Shown: piece by piece, positions 8,475 through 18,395 of the stretch
Layout of the letters: each line of letters starts with the position of its first letter
Numbering within the stretch: the first letter of the stretch is position 1
From: a virus
Taxonomy: Duplodnaviria > Heunggongvirae > Uroviricota > Caudoviricetes
Reading direction: 5' to 3' (one strand)
DNA: 19,264 nucleotides
Virus record (IMG/VR): IMGVR_UViG_3300023184_000076
Span: 64,001-83,264 of that record
The notes under the pieces: generated by a model
What the model saw: the letters and a program-made list of their open reading frames with translations, nothing else
The model's database searches: none
What the model was told of the DNA's origin: nothing
Position numbers and translations under genes: made by a program

Positions 8475-9283
8475 TATGGGTTTACGTATTCATACCATTT
8501 TATTGGTGTCACATCACCACCGACTCTTAATGTTGTGGAAGTGGATGATACCTCATATGTCTTATTATTATAATCTAAGTTTACTTTGTAATAAAAATAG
8601 TCTTCGGGTAAAAAATTAAATTTATTTGGAGTTATTAGTGGTTGTGGAGTATTAGTCATTACCACATAAACCCCTAATTTTGCATCAAAAAATTTACTTG
8701 ACATATAAAATTCATTAATATCATAAAAATTTCTTTCTCTTAACCAATATATAAAGAAACCTTCTTTATCTCCAACATAGTCTAATTTGAATTTAGGTTT
8801 TCTAATGTCAACATTAGGTAATAACGCATTTAAACTAACACTCATAAAATCCCCCTGTTGAACAGGTAATATTATTGTAAAATAAATCTTTTGTGTTTTT
8901 TCATCAGTTGTATCATAAAAATCCAATTTAAAGAACGACTTAGTAAAAGGTTTTGTATAATAATAAACTTCTTCATTTGTGAACCCCTCATTTAAATAAG
9001 AAATACCCCAATTTGTCTGAGTAACCGTATTTGCAGTAATTGGTAAGGTGTTATCATAAAAATAAAATTCATAATTAATGTCGGTAGTTCCATCATTGAA
9101 TGAATTGTGAGAAAATTGACTAATCTCAAAATCATTCGGCGACCCAACAACTTCCTTAACCATTTCTTCTTGGTAATCCAAAATACTATCATCACGACCA
9201 GAAAAATCCCATTTCATTTCAATAGGAATATTCACATATTGATCTGTGGTTGGTCTTATTATTTTAATTTTATTCACACTCAT
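8474..9283 (-). CDS. Uncharacterised putative structural protein (269 aa)
   Basis: Long ORF overlapping both neighbours (14 nt upstream, 1 nt downstream); aromatic-rich beta composition. No family recognised. Confidence 0.6.
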   Translation of the reverse strand: MSVNKIKIIRPTTDQYVNIPIEMKWDFSGRDDSILDYQEEMVKEVVGSPNDFEISQFSHNSFNDGTTDINYEFYFYDNTLPITANTVTQTNWGISYLNEGFTNEEVYYYTKPFTKSFFKLDFYDTTDEKTQKIYFTIILPVQQGDFMSVSLNALLPNVDIRKPKFKLDYVGDKEGFFIYWLRERNFYDINEFYMSSKFFDAKLGVYVVMTNTPQPLITPNKFNFLPEDYFYYKVNLDYNNKTYEVSSTSTTLRVGGDVTPIKWYEYVNP

Positions 9284-11003
9284 CTATTATTGGTTCCGCA
9301 ATATCGTTTATGTTTTGTACCCCGATACCTTCAGGTGTTAATCTAAAAATAGTATTTACGTATGGATAATGTTTACCATTCATAAATGGATAGTTAACAC
9401 CAATACCATTACTATCTATATAACCATAAGTATATAGGTCTCTCCATCTAAAACTATTAGATAAATTAGAATAGAAGGCATAATCAGGAATATCTAATAT
9501 CATATTAGTATCGGCTTCTTCAATGTAATCGGAATATTGTCTAATTACGATTGGGCTATGAGGGTTATAATAATAACCAAACTCATTTGCAGGATCCGCA
9601 TCAGTTACAATATTAAATTTAAGATCATTATAGATTATTTTATGAACATATTTTGATATTACTCTTTCTTTTTGTTCATAGTCGTTCCATTCACAATAAT
9701 CACCATCAATAGTATTACCCGAAACCAAATCATTATTATAATAAAATGGTCCAACGGGTGGGAGAGTATTTGAATTATACTGTCCTTGTGTTATGTTTGT
9801 GTTTGATAAGAAATTTCCTTGATCCCACCAAGAATTTGGTAATCCATTATCTAATGGTTGGTTAAATCCCCAACCTTGTTTCATACCTTTTGTCCACCCA
9901 AAATAACCTTTCCATAAAGTGGTGAAATATAGTTCAGAAATTGGTCTATTTTGGTTGTCACGTAATGGTTTAATATCGATGTCACAATTAAAAGATAAAG
10001 TATAAGATTGGTTACCTTCTTTTACTGAAGTTCTATTAATGTTATTTGGACTTAAAACATCTTTTTCAAATTTTGATTTTGACTCAAATATATTTTGTTC
10101 AAAACCAGCTTTTATTAATAGTGCACAATCAGAATTTGTTAGTATTTTATGTACCCTAACATAATATTCAGATCTTGTTTCACCTGTATTACTTTTATTT
10201 ATAATTCTTCTGAATGTACTTGTGGTTCCATTTTGGAATGTGGTCCCCGTAAATCCAACATTATATACATTGAAGATGTATTCCTCACTCCCAAACCCCT
10301 CATCACCAAGACTATTAACTTGGAAAATAGTTTCCCCATTGTAATCAAACGGAAATTCCACATATTCTCCCGTTAATACACCGTGTTTCATTGGGCATTT
10401 AAATGTAATGTAATTTCCATTATCATCACTACCTGACGTTATTGTAAAAGGTATACCATCCGATGCCATCCAAAACCAAGATGCTGATGTACTACTATCA
10501 ATCGCAAATAAAGGTTTAGTGTAATCATTACTATACGCATAACTCATGTAATGAGTCCAATTATAAGTAGAGGCACTTTTATTTATAAATGTCACATGAT
10601 TATTTGGTGGTTGAGTGTATCCAGGAATATTATTATCAACTCGAATAAAATCAAATTCACTATACTGTGGATATCCTTCCCAAGGCGTATTAGGGTTTGT
10701 TGCGTAAGATATTGCATTATTAATCGCATTTGTGTAATACAAATTATTTCTATATGGGACATAAGTTGTTGATCCAGTATATTCATTTTTAAATAAAAAC
10801 GTGTATTTCGTAACAGGTCTAAAAACAGTTGAACTTTGTCTTTCATCGTCAAAAACCTGTTGTAAACTTAAGTCAACATTTCTATCAAATTCAACTATTT
10901 CTTTTTCTGTCTGTTCTAATGGAACATCAATAAAAAGATTGGTGTCACTCGATCCTTTATATCTTAAACTTCCTAATACAATATTTGTTGAGTTATCTAT
11001 CAT
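9270..11003 (-). CDS. Uncharacterised putative structural protein (577 aa)
   Basis: Long ORF starting 1 nt after the stop of the 1824-aa gene; context in baseplate cluster. No family recognised. Confidence 0.6.
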   Translation of the reverse strand: MIDNSTNIVLGSLRYKGSSDTNLFIDVPLEQTEKEIVEFDRNVDLSLQQVFDDERQSSTVFRPVTKYTFLFKNEYTGSTTYVPYRNNLYYTNAINNAISYATNPNTPWEGYPQYSEFDFIRVDNNIPGYTQPPNNHVTFINKSASTYNWTHYMSYAYSNDYTKPLFAIDSSTSASWFWMASDGIPFTITSGSDDNGNYITFKCPMKHGVLTGEYVEFPFDYNGETIFQVNSLGDEGFGSEEYIFNVYNVGFTGTTFQNGTTSTFRRIINKSNTGETRSEYYVRVHKILTNSDCALLIKAGFEQNIFESKSKFEKDVLSPNNINRTSVKEGNQSYTLSFNCDIDIKPLRDNQNRPISELYFTTLWKGYFGWTKGMKQGWGFNQPLDNGLPNSWWDQGNFLSNTNITQGQYNSNTLPPVGPFYYNNDLVSGNTIDGDYCEWNDYEQKERVISKYVHKIIYNDLKFNIVTDADPANEFGYYYNPHSPIVIRQYSDYIEEADTNMILDIPDYAFYSNLSNSFRWRDLYTYGYIDSNGIGVNYPFMNGKHYPYVNTIFRLTPEGIGVQNINDIAEPIIDECE

Positions 11004-11004
11004 C

Positions 11005-14000
11005 TTATCCCTCGTTATTTACATATAATTTAACAAACTTATCAATTGCGGTTTTACCATTATTTAACCCAAAGTAAAAATGGAATGGTGCCCCAACTAT
11101 AACTTGTGTCGATACTTGTGGTGTCGGTAATGGTTGTCCACTCACATCAAAATTAGTTATCATACCTAATTTAGTTGTTGAGGATTGGAAATATGGGTCA
11201 ATGTTAAAATCCAAATTCTGATATCCTTTATGGAAGAAAGGTCCTTGTGTGTACCAATTATTATTTTCAGACCCAAATATATTTGGAGATGAATCTATTT
11301 TCCATTTATAATGTGGGACATCTTGCGTTTTTGGATAACCGTAATAATCTTGGATTAATGGAGTTTCACTATATGTTTCAAAACCAGGTGTAAACCTTCT
11401 TCTATATTTATACTCATTTGTTGGTGTTTCAAATAAAATACCGAAAACAGGTCTTGGTGGAAATTGGTTATCATCCCCAAAATAAATTGAGTTTGGATTA
11501 GGGTAATTTTCAAAGATGAATGGATTAACTTTCCATTCAGAATTTATTGATAATGCTTGAGCAAAATCACCATCTATTCTATCACCTTTTCTGTTACTAT
11601 TAAAGAATTGTATAATACCTTTACCTTCTGTGGTACCACCACCTGTTGCTATAGGTAAAATTGCTTGTCTAAACGTATCATTTAATAATCTTGATAAAAA
11701 CCCAATTTGTATAATATCAGAAGTATCTTGGTACGATGTTGATTTAACTTGATCAACTAAATATCCATTAAAATTTGAGTTATTACATATTTCAGTAATA
11801 AACTGATCTCTAGGTCCCAAATCGGCAATCGTTGTTGGGAATTGGATTTGTTTATCATTATACCCTAATCCCGGATATCCATTTACTATTGATGATGGCC
11901 ATAATGGATTAGCAATAGGCTTATTTTTACCAATAAATTGTTGTGAACTATCTTTCCATGGTGAAGATCTATAATAAAAACTATTACTTAACTCATTAAA
12001 CACAATAACATCATCACAATAATTATATGTTGGTGTATTAGGGTCTTGTATTGTATATGTCGCAGTTTTATTAAATGAATACATATATAAAACCCCATTA
12101 ATCCAATTATTTTGGAATACTTGAGCGAATACCCCACGACAAGCAGCAAAGGTAATAGTAAACCTTGTTTTCCACTCTAAGAATAATTTTACATCTTCAT
12201 CATATTGAGAAATGTATTTTTTATTTAATAAACAATAACATCCTTTCTTAACTCTACCCTCAGGTACAATACATTGATCAGGAGGTATTACAGTTACGTT
12301 ATTACCCGAACCTTGATAACATTGTAATGAAACCATATCATCACAAGTTAACGTAGATGCGATTGACGCAATACCATCAGGTAAATCGTATTGATTACCT
12401 GAAGCTAAATCAGAAGCTGCCCCTGTTCCTGATGAGGAAGGACTACCATCGGCAGTATAAAATGTGAAATTATTATTTTGATGTAATGCAAATCCTGTTC
12501 TTGATCCCGCACCATCTTCAGTTTTTGTAGATGTTGGTAAACGGTCACTTCTCATAACCATTTTACTTTTGTCATTAAAGTTAACGCCAGTTAAACCATA
12601 TCTATAATATGCCGGTGAATATAAAGCATTTAATTGACCTGATGGTACGTCACCAATTTCTCCCTTAGCATCATCACCATTATCAGGTGTGTTTGCGTTA
12701 TGACCATCATTATCACAACTAAGGTATGACCCATTAGTTTGTGAACCTAAGAATGTACCACCACCAATATAATCACTTTGTTGTCTTGGTAATGTGTAAT
12801 CGTTATACGATAATATTGTTCTTGGAGTACTAGTTATTGAAAAAGAGTCAATAAATTGCCACCCACTAACTGGAGTGTAATTCGCAACACTAAGATCGTC
12901 AGTCGATAAATAATAATAAGGATAGTTTGAAGTAAACGCAGTGTAATTAGGGTTAGACCCAACCGCAGGTCCTATATTAAAATTATATGAAGGGAAATAC
13001 AGATTAGTTGCCGTATTTGTTGTAGTATTATGGCTAGCGGGTTTTAGTCCCGTAGGTTGTATAGGAATATTCAAATAAAAATCACCTTCATCTGTTATAA
13101 CATTACCATATGATTTACCAAATATTTTAGATAAATCATATTTTATTTTTTGTGGTGCGGTATGAACATCAACACCTCTAACTAAAATAATAATTTCAAA
13201 ATTATCACTACTTGTCATTTGGTCTAAAGCCGCACCGGCATCATAAGTATGGTAATTACCATTACAACAATATAAAAATTGTATCCTATGCCTTAAAAAA
13301 TCAGCGGTTGGGAATGTTCCTGAGATAGCACCTACTGTCATTCCAGTAAAACTAGAAACCGTCATACCTGTTATCATTTGGAAGTATTCCACATCTGTTG
13401 GGTATTGTAATGCTCCAACTTCAACATTAGTCATAGGTGTTGATATGTTTGAAATTGCAGGTTGGTTAATAATAATATTAGTCGTTAAAGGAGTTGTACT
13501 ATTAATATTAGATGGATTAGCCCAAGAAATCGTAACAGATGTATTTCCCGTCGTTGTAGTCCCCGTGATTGCATTACTACCAAATTCATTTAAAGTACCA
13601 CCCGTTATGTTAACATAACCATTTGATGTTAAAGGATTGTTAAAACTTATAGGTTTACCAACTTGCATTTGGTCTTTTGTACCAGGATTGGCTAAAACAA
13701 CCATAATTTGATCCTCAAAAAAAGTATTACCTAAAGATTGGTTAACATATGTTCTTATTCTATTTGCCCCACCATATGAATCAAAATACTTATTTCTTGT
13801 ATTAAATTCATTTAATTTTTGAGGAAAAGTTTCTTTAGTTGGGAAAGCCCAACTTCTTGGGTCCTTACCTGCATTATCCCAAGCCGCCAATAAAAATGGT
13901 TGTGGAGCATGATATAAAGCAAACTCATTACCAAAAATAATATCATGACCTACTGTTCCCGAAGATGATAAAATATCATACCCTGAAAACATTCTTTGGT

Positions 14001-16479
14001 AGTCAATTATACCTCTAGCCGCAACTTCAGGTGTAATATCCTGTTTCATTGCTGCAGTTATTAATGATGGTACCCCACAATTTGGACAACCGTCCGTAGA
14101 TCCATCAAGACAAGGTCCATCCCAAAATGGACCTCTATTAAGATCCATTTGATCTTCAATAGGATTATTTTGATTATTAGGGTGAACAACATTATACGAT
14201 CCAGGTACATTTACAGGAGCTAAAAATCCATTTGCCTGACCAAGTGTTACATTACTTGTACCTGACTGTTGTTCATCAATTGAATCCTGAACTGAGTTTG
14301 CATCAATATCATCTTCCAAAGTTGCAGGTCCACAATCGCAATCACAACTTGTACATTCAGGGTAAGATATCATAGGTAACCCTATTCTTGGGAAATTCTT
14401 AATCTTAAGCAAGTATTTGATTGTAAATGCAATGAACGCAATTGACAATGCCAATCTGAATATAAACGATAATGCTTGAGCGGCAATTCTTAAAATCAAT
14501 CCAAAATTAATAACAGGACCACCTAATGGTGCAAATGCAAATACCTCAATTAAGGAGTTAATCCAATCGATCATATCCCTTATCGCATCATAAGCAAAAT
14601 ATATCCCTAAAACGATTAATAAGTACTTTAAAACCGGCCATGCCCACGCAATAAAGTGAGCAACAAATAATAACACTAATAATGGAAATGTTAGAACATT
14701 AATTAATATGTTGAATAAAAAAAATATAAAATCAAAATTTCTAATTATATCATTAGACGGGAATGTATTAACCGTTGATTTACAAGTTCTGTTATCAATT
14801 TCCTTAATACCTAAGTGTCTTGCTCTTGACACCCCATTTTTGTATCTATCAAGGAACATTGCAGTAGTATAAACTTTATTATAGTTCATCTCATAGAATG
14901 TGTCCTCACAATTAATTGCAGATATTGGATCAACATAATCGTCCCAATCTAAACTAAAAGTATATGATCTTAATAAATCAAAATAATTTTGGGGATAAAA
15001 AGTAAAATTAACTTCTTGTTGTTGCGTATCATCTATTGGTTCTGAAACCGCTAAAATAATGTCACCGGCATTAACGGGTATTACCGTTATATCACCATAA
15101 TATGGTTGTGGACCACTACCACTATCAATATAAATTGTAAAGTTTTTACTATTAACGGAATTATCAAATAAAAGACCCCCATCAGTTGTCGCAATTGTTG
15201 ATCCTGTGTATTGTGTAGGATTAATAGGGAATGTTGACGGCATTATAATAGAAAATGGTGTTGTTGAACTTGGGTCAAAAGGGTCCGTTCCACTTGACAT
15301 CCAACCATGTTCTTTAATGTTTGGGACTAAGAAATTTGCTCGTTGGAACTCATTCTGTAACCCGCCTTCATTACTCCATTTAAATTTAAACCTATATCTT
15401 CCTTTTGTTGGTATTCCCTTTGTTGGGTCATTAGATATTACTTGTTCACCAAATTCATTTGTAATAATATAATCCAAGTTCATTGGTACATTTGCTAAAA
15501 ATGAACCATCCCCATCTATAATCTTTCCATCTTGTTCAAACTTATGTTCCTCAAGAATTGGTAGATTATTTTTATCAGGATATATTGTTTGTCTAATAGA
15601 TAAGATTTGACCTGGCCCCGCAATTAACTCACATAAGTTACCCGTATTAATTTTTGGTTTACAATTTGTTTTAAGTGCGTCATCATTAGTTGTCGAAATA
15701 AGAGACCCCATGAAAATCGCATTAGGTCTAATAGTTACGTTTGCCTCATTAGTTAAATCAAAATCAACTCTCGTAATACCTATTTGACAAATGTCTTCTT
15801 GTCCCCAAAGAGGAGATATGTCAACATTTTTATTTAATGTTTTAATTTGTGGTAATTCACTTAAATTAGATGATTTCTTAAATGTTGATCCATTAACTTG
15901 TGTTTCAGTTGCCTGACCTGCGTTAATTAAATCTTGTGGTGTTAATGAGAAACATCCAATGTCAGATAAGTCAACATCCATAAAAACAGTTTGAGTTCCA
16001 ACAGGAACTCCAAATATCATATAATCACCACTATCATTTGTTTTAACAGTGTATTTGTAATATTTGTCGTAAACTTCAATATAAGTTTGATCTAATAGAA
16101 CTTCTTCCCTATTTGGGAATGTCCCTGTTGCCGCATGAACACTATATGATGGGTCATGAGGTAATAGGTTATATCTATAACCAGCATCATTATTATCTGA
16201 TAAAGTCTTATACGGATATAATTCAGATATTGTTGGGTTTAATTCATCTTCAGAAGTTAATGGTATGAATATAGATACTTTAGCGTTTGGTAACCCAAAA
16301 CCACCGTTTACCATAACTCTACCAACTATAACCCCATAGTCAGAACATACCTTTGTATAAAGATCTGATTGATTAATTTTTAAAGATAGGATTTCTAAAA
16401 AATCAAAATCTTGATCTAACTTTACGTTGATGTATTTGTCGACACCTACTTGGGTCCTTATTCTATATGATTTTGGCAT
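11005..16479 (-). CDS. Large putative baseplate/tail-associated protein (1824 aa) with N-terminal carboxypeptidase-regulatory-like beta domain and internal hydrophobic helices
   Basis: N-terminal GVIVGRVMVNGGFGLPNAKVSI...TVKTNDSGDYMIFGVPVGTQTV resembles the G.I.G.V......PL..A.V...T.T...G.Y....VP.G pattern of carboxypeptidase-regulatory-like domains; hydrophobic block at residues ~582-691; Cys clusters. Directly downstream of the gp6-like gene. Confidence 0.6.
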   Translation of the reverse strand: MPKSYRIRTQVGVDKYINVKLDQDFDFLEILSLKINQSDLYTKVCSDYGVIVGRVMVNGGFGLPNAKVSIFIPLTSEDELNPTISELYPYKTLSDNNDAGYRYNLLPHDPSYSVHAATGTFPNREEVLLDQTYIEVYDKYYKYTVKTNDSGDYMIFGVPVGTQTVFMDVDLSDIGCFSLTPQDLINAGQATETQVNGSTFKKSSNLSELPQIKTLNKNVDISPLWGQEDICQIGITRVDFDLTNEANVTIRPNAIFMGSLISTTNDDALKTNCKPKINTGNLCELIAGPGQILSIRQTIYPDKNNLPILEEHKFEQDGKIIDGDGSFLANVPMNLDYIITNEFGEQVISNDPTKGIPTKGRYRFKFKWSNEGGLQNEFQRANFLVPNIKEHGWMSSGTDPFDPSSTTPFSIIMPSTFPINPTQYTGSTIATTDGGLLFDNSVNSKNFTIYIDSGSGPQPYYGDITVIPVNAGDIILAVSEPIDDTQQQEVNFTFYPQNYFDLLRSYTFSLDWDDYVDPISAINCEDTFYEMNYNKVYTTAMFLDRYKNGVSRARHLGIKEIDNRTCKSTVNTFPSNDIIRNFDFIFFLFNILINVLTFPLLVLLFVAHFIAWAWPVLKYLLIVLGIYFAYDAIRDMIDWINSLIEVFAFAPLGGPVINFGLILRIAAQALSFIFRLALSIAFIAFTIKYLLKIKNFPRIGLPMISYPECTSCDCDCGPATLEDDIDANSVQDSIDEQQSGTSNVTLGQANGFLAPVNVPGSYNVVHPNNQNNPIEDQMDLNRGPFWDGPCLDGSTDGCPNCGVPSLITAAMKQDITPEVAARGIIDYQRMFSGYDILSSSGTVGHDIIFGNEFALYHAPQPFLLAAWDNAGKDPRSWAFPTKETFPQKLNEFNTRNKYFDSYGGANRIRTYVNQSLGNTFFEDQIMVVLANPGTKDQMQVGKPISFNNPLTSNGYVNITGGTLNEFGSNAITGTTTTGNTSVTISWANPSNINSTTPLTTNIIINQPAISNISTPMTNVEVGALQYPTDVEYFQMITGMTVSSFTGMTVGAISGTFPTADFLRHRIQFLYCCNGNYHTYDAGAALDQMTSSDNFEIIILVRGVDVHTAPQKIKYDLSKIFGKSYGNVITDEGDFYLNIPIQPTGLKPASHNTTTNTATNLYFPSYNFNIGPAVGSNPNYTAFTSNYPYYYLSTDDLSVANYTPVSGWQFIDSFSITSTPRTILSYNDYTLPRQQSDYIGGGTFLGSQTNGSYLSCDNDGHNANTPDNGDDAKGEIGDVPSGQLNALYSPAYYRYGLTGVNFNDKSKMVMRSDRLPTSTKTEDGAGSRTGFALHQNNNFTFYTADGSPSSSGTGAASDLASGNQYDLPDGIASIASTLTCDDMVSLQCYQGSGNNVTVIPPDQCIVPEGRVKKGCYCLLNKKYISQYDEDVKLFLEWKTRFTITFAACRGVFAQVFQNNWINGVLYMYSFNKTATYTIQDPNTPTYNYCDDVIVFNELSNSFYYRSSPWKDSSQQFIGKNKPIANPLWPSSIVNGYPGLGYNDKQIQFPTTIADLGPRDQFITEICNNSNFNGYLVDQVKSTSYQDTSDIIQIGFLSRLLNDTFRQAILPIATGGGTTEGKGIIQFFNSNRKGDRIDGDFAQALSINSEWKVNPFIFENYPNPNSIYFGDDNQFPPRPVFGILFETPTNEYKYRRRFTPGFETYSETPLIQDYYGYPKTQDVPHYKWKIDSSPNIFGSENNNWYTQGPFFHKGYQNLDFNIDPYFQSSTTKLGMITNFDVSGQPLPTPQVSTQVIVGAPFHFYFGLNNGKTAIDKFVKLYVNNEG

Positions 16480-16493
16480 TAAAGTCTTTTTTG

Positions 16494-16500
16494 ATAAATA
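16494..16500 (-). promoter_or_regulatory. Candidate late promoter core TATTTAT
   Basis: Same core as the 7282 and 18854 sites, 14 nt upstream of the ATG at 16479, in an intergenic gap. The region is very AT-rich, so chance occurrence is possible. Confidence 0.4.
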
Positions 16501-16550
16501 GTTTATTTCCTATTTTCAAAAAATAGTTCTAATTAAAAAAAAATAAATTA

Positions 16551-18389
16551 TCAGGAGAAATTAACTGTACTTAAATTGATAACTCTAACATTTATATCTT
16601 TGTTAGGGAATCTAATTTGATAAATTTGTGTAGGTTCAGCAAAAATGGTGTCCGCAATTAATTGGATTTGTTTTGTTGCGGGGTCTGAATATTTTTGAGA
16701 TGTTTGATTTGAAGAGTACTGACCCCCAACCTTATTAAAGAATTCCATGTCAGAAATACTTATTACACCATTTTCCGCTTGGATCAATCTTCTCAATTCT
16801 GACACAACAACATTTTGACCTAATTGTCTTGATGTTGGACTAAAGTACGTTGTAATGATATCAATAATTTTAGATACAATTGCACCTTGATTTTGACTAG
16901 CATCCAACACAACGTCAACATTAACGGCCAAGTCAATCGGATTAGCACTTTCAATAGAAATGTAGTCATTAATCATCCTGTAGTTTGATAGGTAACTTGC
17001 CACATTACTTTTTAATGTGTTTGATATTGTATCTGTTAAATTACCACTTGTATCGTAAGATAACATTTTTATTTTTATCATGTTATTTTCCTCAGTAATT
17101 GCAACTTTTGCAGGTGCCCCAAACTGAGAAGGCATTGTTCTAATAATTGATTCGTAATCATTTATTGTAACCGCTCTATTTTGTGCTGAGAAGTTATATG
17201 AGACCATATTTCTTACTTCTTCAAGTGTTGGTGCGTTTGCCCCTCCAATTGCCGCAGTAACGTTATTACATTTCAATGTATTAATAACAGATCTGTTAAC
17301 ACTTTCTGAAGGTCCATTAACAAAGAATGAAACCGTACCAATTTGATTGATTACGTTAACCCCTAAATTAGTTGCTTGCCCACCACCAACTCTATATTGT
17401 ATAAACAATGTTGAGTTTGATTTAAGTGCCGCCCCTAATGCCAAATTGTTCGAATATTTATTTAAGTCAAATCCTTTACCAGATCTTGCAAAATCTCTAA
17501 GTTGTTCTTCAGCAGAAACATTACCACCACCAAATGTCATTTTTAAATAACCTTCAGGTGTGTACTCAGATGTAAATTTAGTGTTAGTTAAAATATATTT
17601 CCCAACCTTAATACCAGGTTGATCAGACGCTTTAGTTGGGTCTTCAATGAATACTCTGTCTTCAGCAAGTGCCTTAACTTCATACCATCTATTATCCAAT
17701 CCTAAAAATTCCTGTGGATTTGGGATTGTATTAAATTGAGTTCCGTCTTTTAAAAGGACACTTGTTATACCTAAAACATTTTTTTCAGGTAAGAACAATT
17801 CAAAGAATGGTTTAACATCATTTGGTGTAATAACTCGTTTGAATACTTTTGTAAACCCGTTTACAACAACTTCTCTTTTTGTAATGGTATAATTTAATAT
17901 TTTACCATTAGCGTCAAAGTTAGGGGTTTTTAATCTATTTAATGTTCCTTCTGAATTTATTGCCGAAGCAAAATCAATATCATAAACTGTTTCAAATGGT
18001 TGACCAGCACCACTTACTTGGGATCCTCTTCTTAGGATACCACAATATCTTAAATCTTCTCTATCACCAAACGCAGGAACCGTTATTGAGAAATCTACTA
18101 ATGCCACTGAAGGTCTTTGACCCGGTATTTTTAACCCGTAAGTCTTAGCGATATTATATACTGAAGATTTTTGTTGAGCAAATTGTAATACCGTTTCTTG
18201 GATACTTCTATCAATATTAAATTGTAGGTTATCTGTAACGGCAGCATTTAAATCTAACATTACTGAGAAAACCCCAGCATCGTTAAAGTTTTGTACCAAA
18301 TCAGGATAATAAGTACGAGTAAAATTAATTAACTCAGTTCTTATTCCTTGAAAATCTCTGGTTGTGTAGGATATTTTTTTCTCAGCCAT
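16551..18389 (-). CDS. Baseplate wedge subunit, T4 gp6 / baseplate J-like (612 aa)
   Basis: N-terminal RDFQGIRTELINF...FNDAGVFSVMLDLNAAVTD...ETVLQFAQQKSSVYNIAKTYGLK and C-terminal AAIGGANAPTLEEVR...FSAQNRAVTINDYE match the gp6/gpJ pattern (GG...E..EE.R......Q.RAVT..DY). Confidence 0.88.
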   Translation of the reverse strand: MAEKKISYTTRDFQGIRTELINFTRTYYPDLVQNFNDAGVFSVMLDLNAAVTDNLQFNIDRSIQETVLQFAQQKSSVYNIAKTYGLKIPGQRPSVALVDFSITVPAFGDREDLRYCGILRRGSQVSGAGQPFETVYDIDFASAINSEGTLNRLKTPNFDANGKILNYTITKREVVVNGFTKVFKRVITPNDVKPFFELFLPEKNVLGITSVLLKDGTQFNTIPNPQEFLGLDNRWYEVKALAEDRVFIEDPTKASDQPGIKVGKYILTNTKFTSEYTPEGYLKMTFGGGNVSAEEQLRDFARSGKGFDLNKYSNNLALGAALKSNSTLFIQYRVGGGQATNLGVNVINQIGTVSFFVNGPSESVNRSVINTLKCNNVTAAIGGANAPTLEEVRNMVSYNFSAQNRAVTINDYESIIRTMPSQFGAPAKVAITEENNMIKIKMLSYDTSGNLTDTISNTLKSNVASYLSNYRMINDYISIESANPIDLAVNVDVVLDASQNQGAIVSKIIDIITTYFSPTSRQLGQNVVVSELRRLIQAENGVISISDMEFFNKVGGQYSSNQTSQKYSDPATKQIQLIADTIFAEPTQIYQIRFPNKDINVRVINLSTVNFS

Positions 18390-18395
18390 ATACTA

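Noticed and set aside
14717-14724. A8 run (T8 on coding strand) as phase-variation or slippage site
   Set aside because: It encodes Phe-Phe-Leu in the hydrophobic block; such runs are expected at this AT content and the frame is intact.
16510-16543. Hairpin CTATTTT-CAA-AAAATAG and A9 run after the gp6-like gene as a terminator
   Set aside because: Stem is almost all A-T with a 3-nt loop, and the minus-strand U-run precedes rather than follows it.
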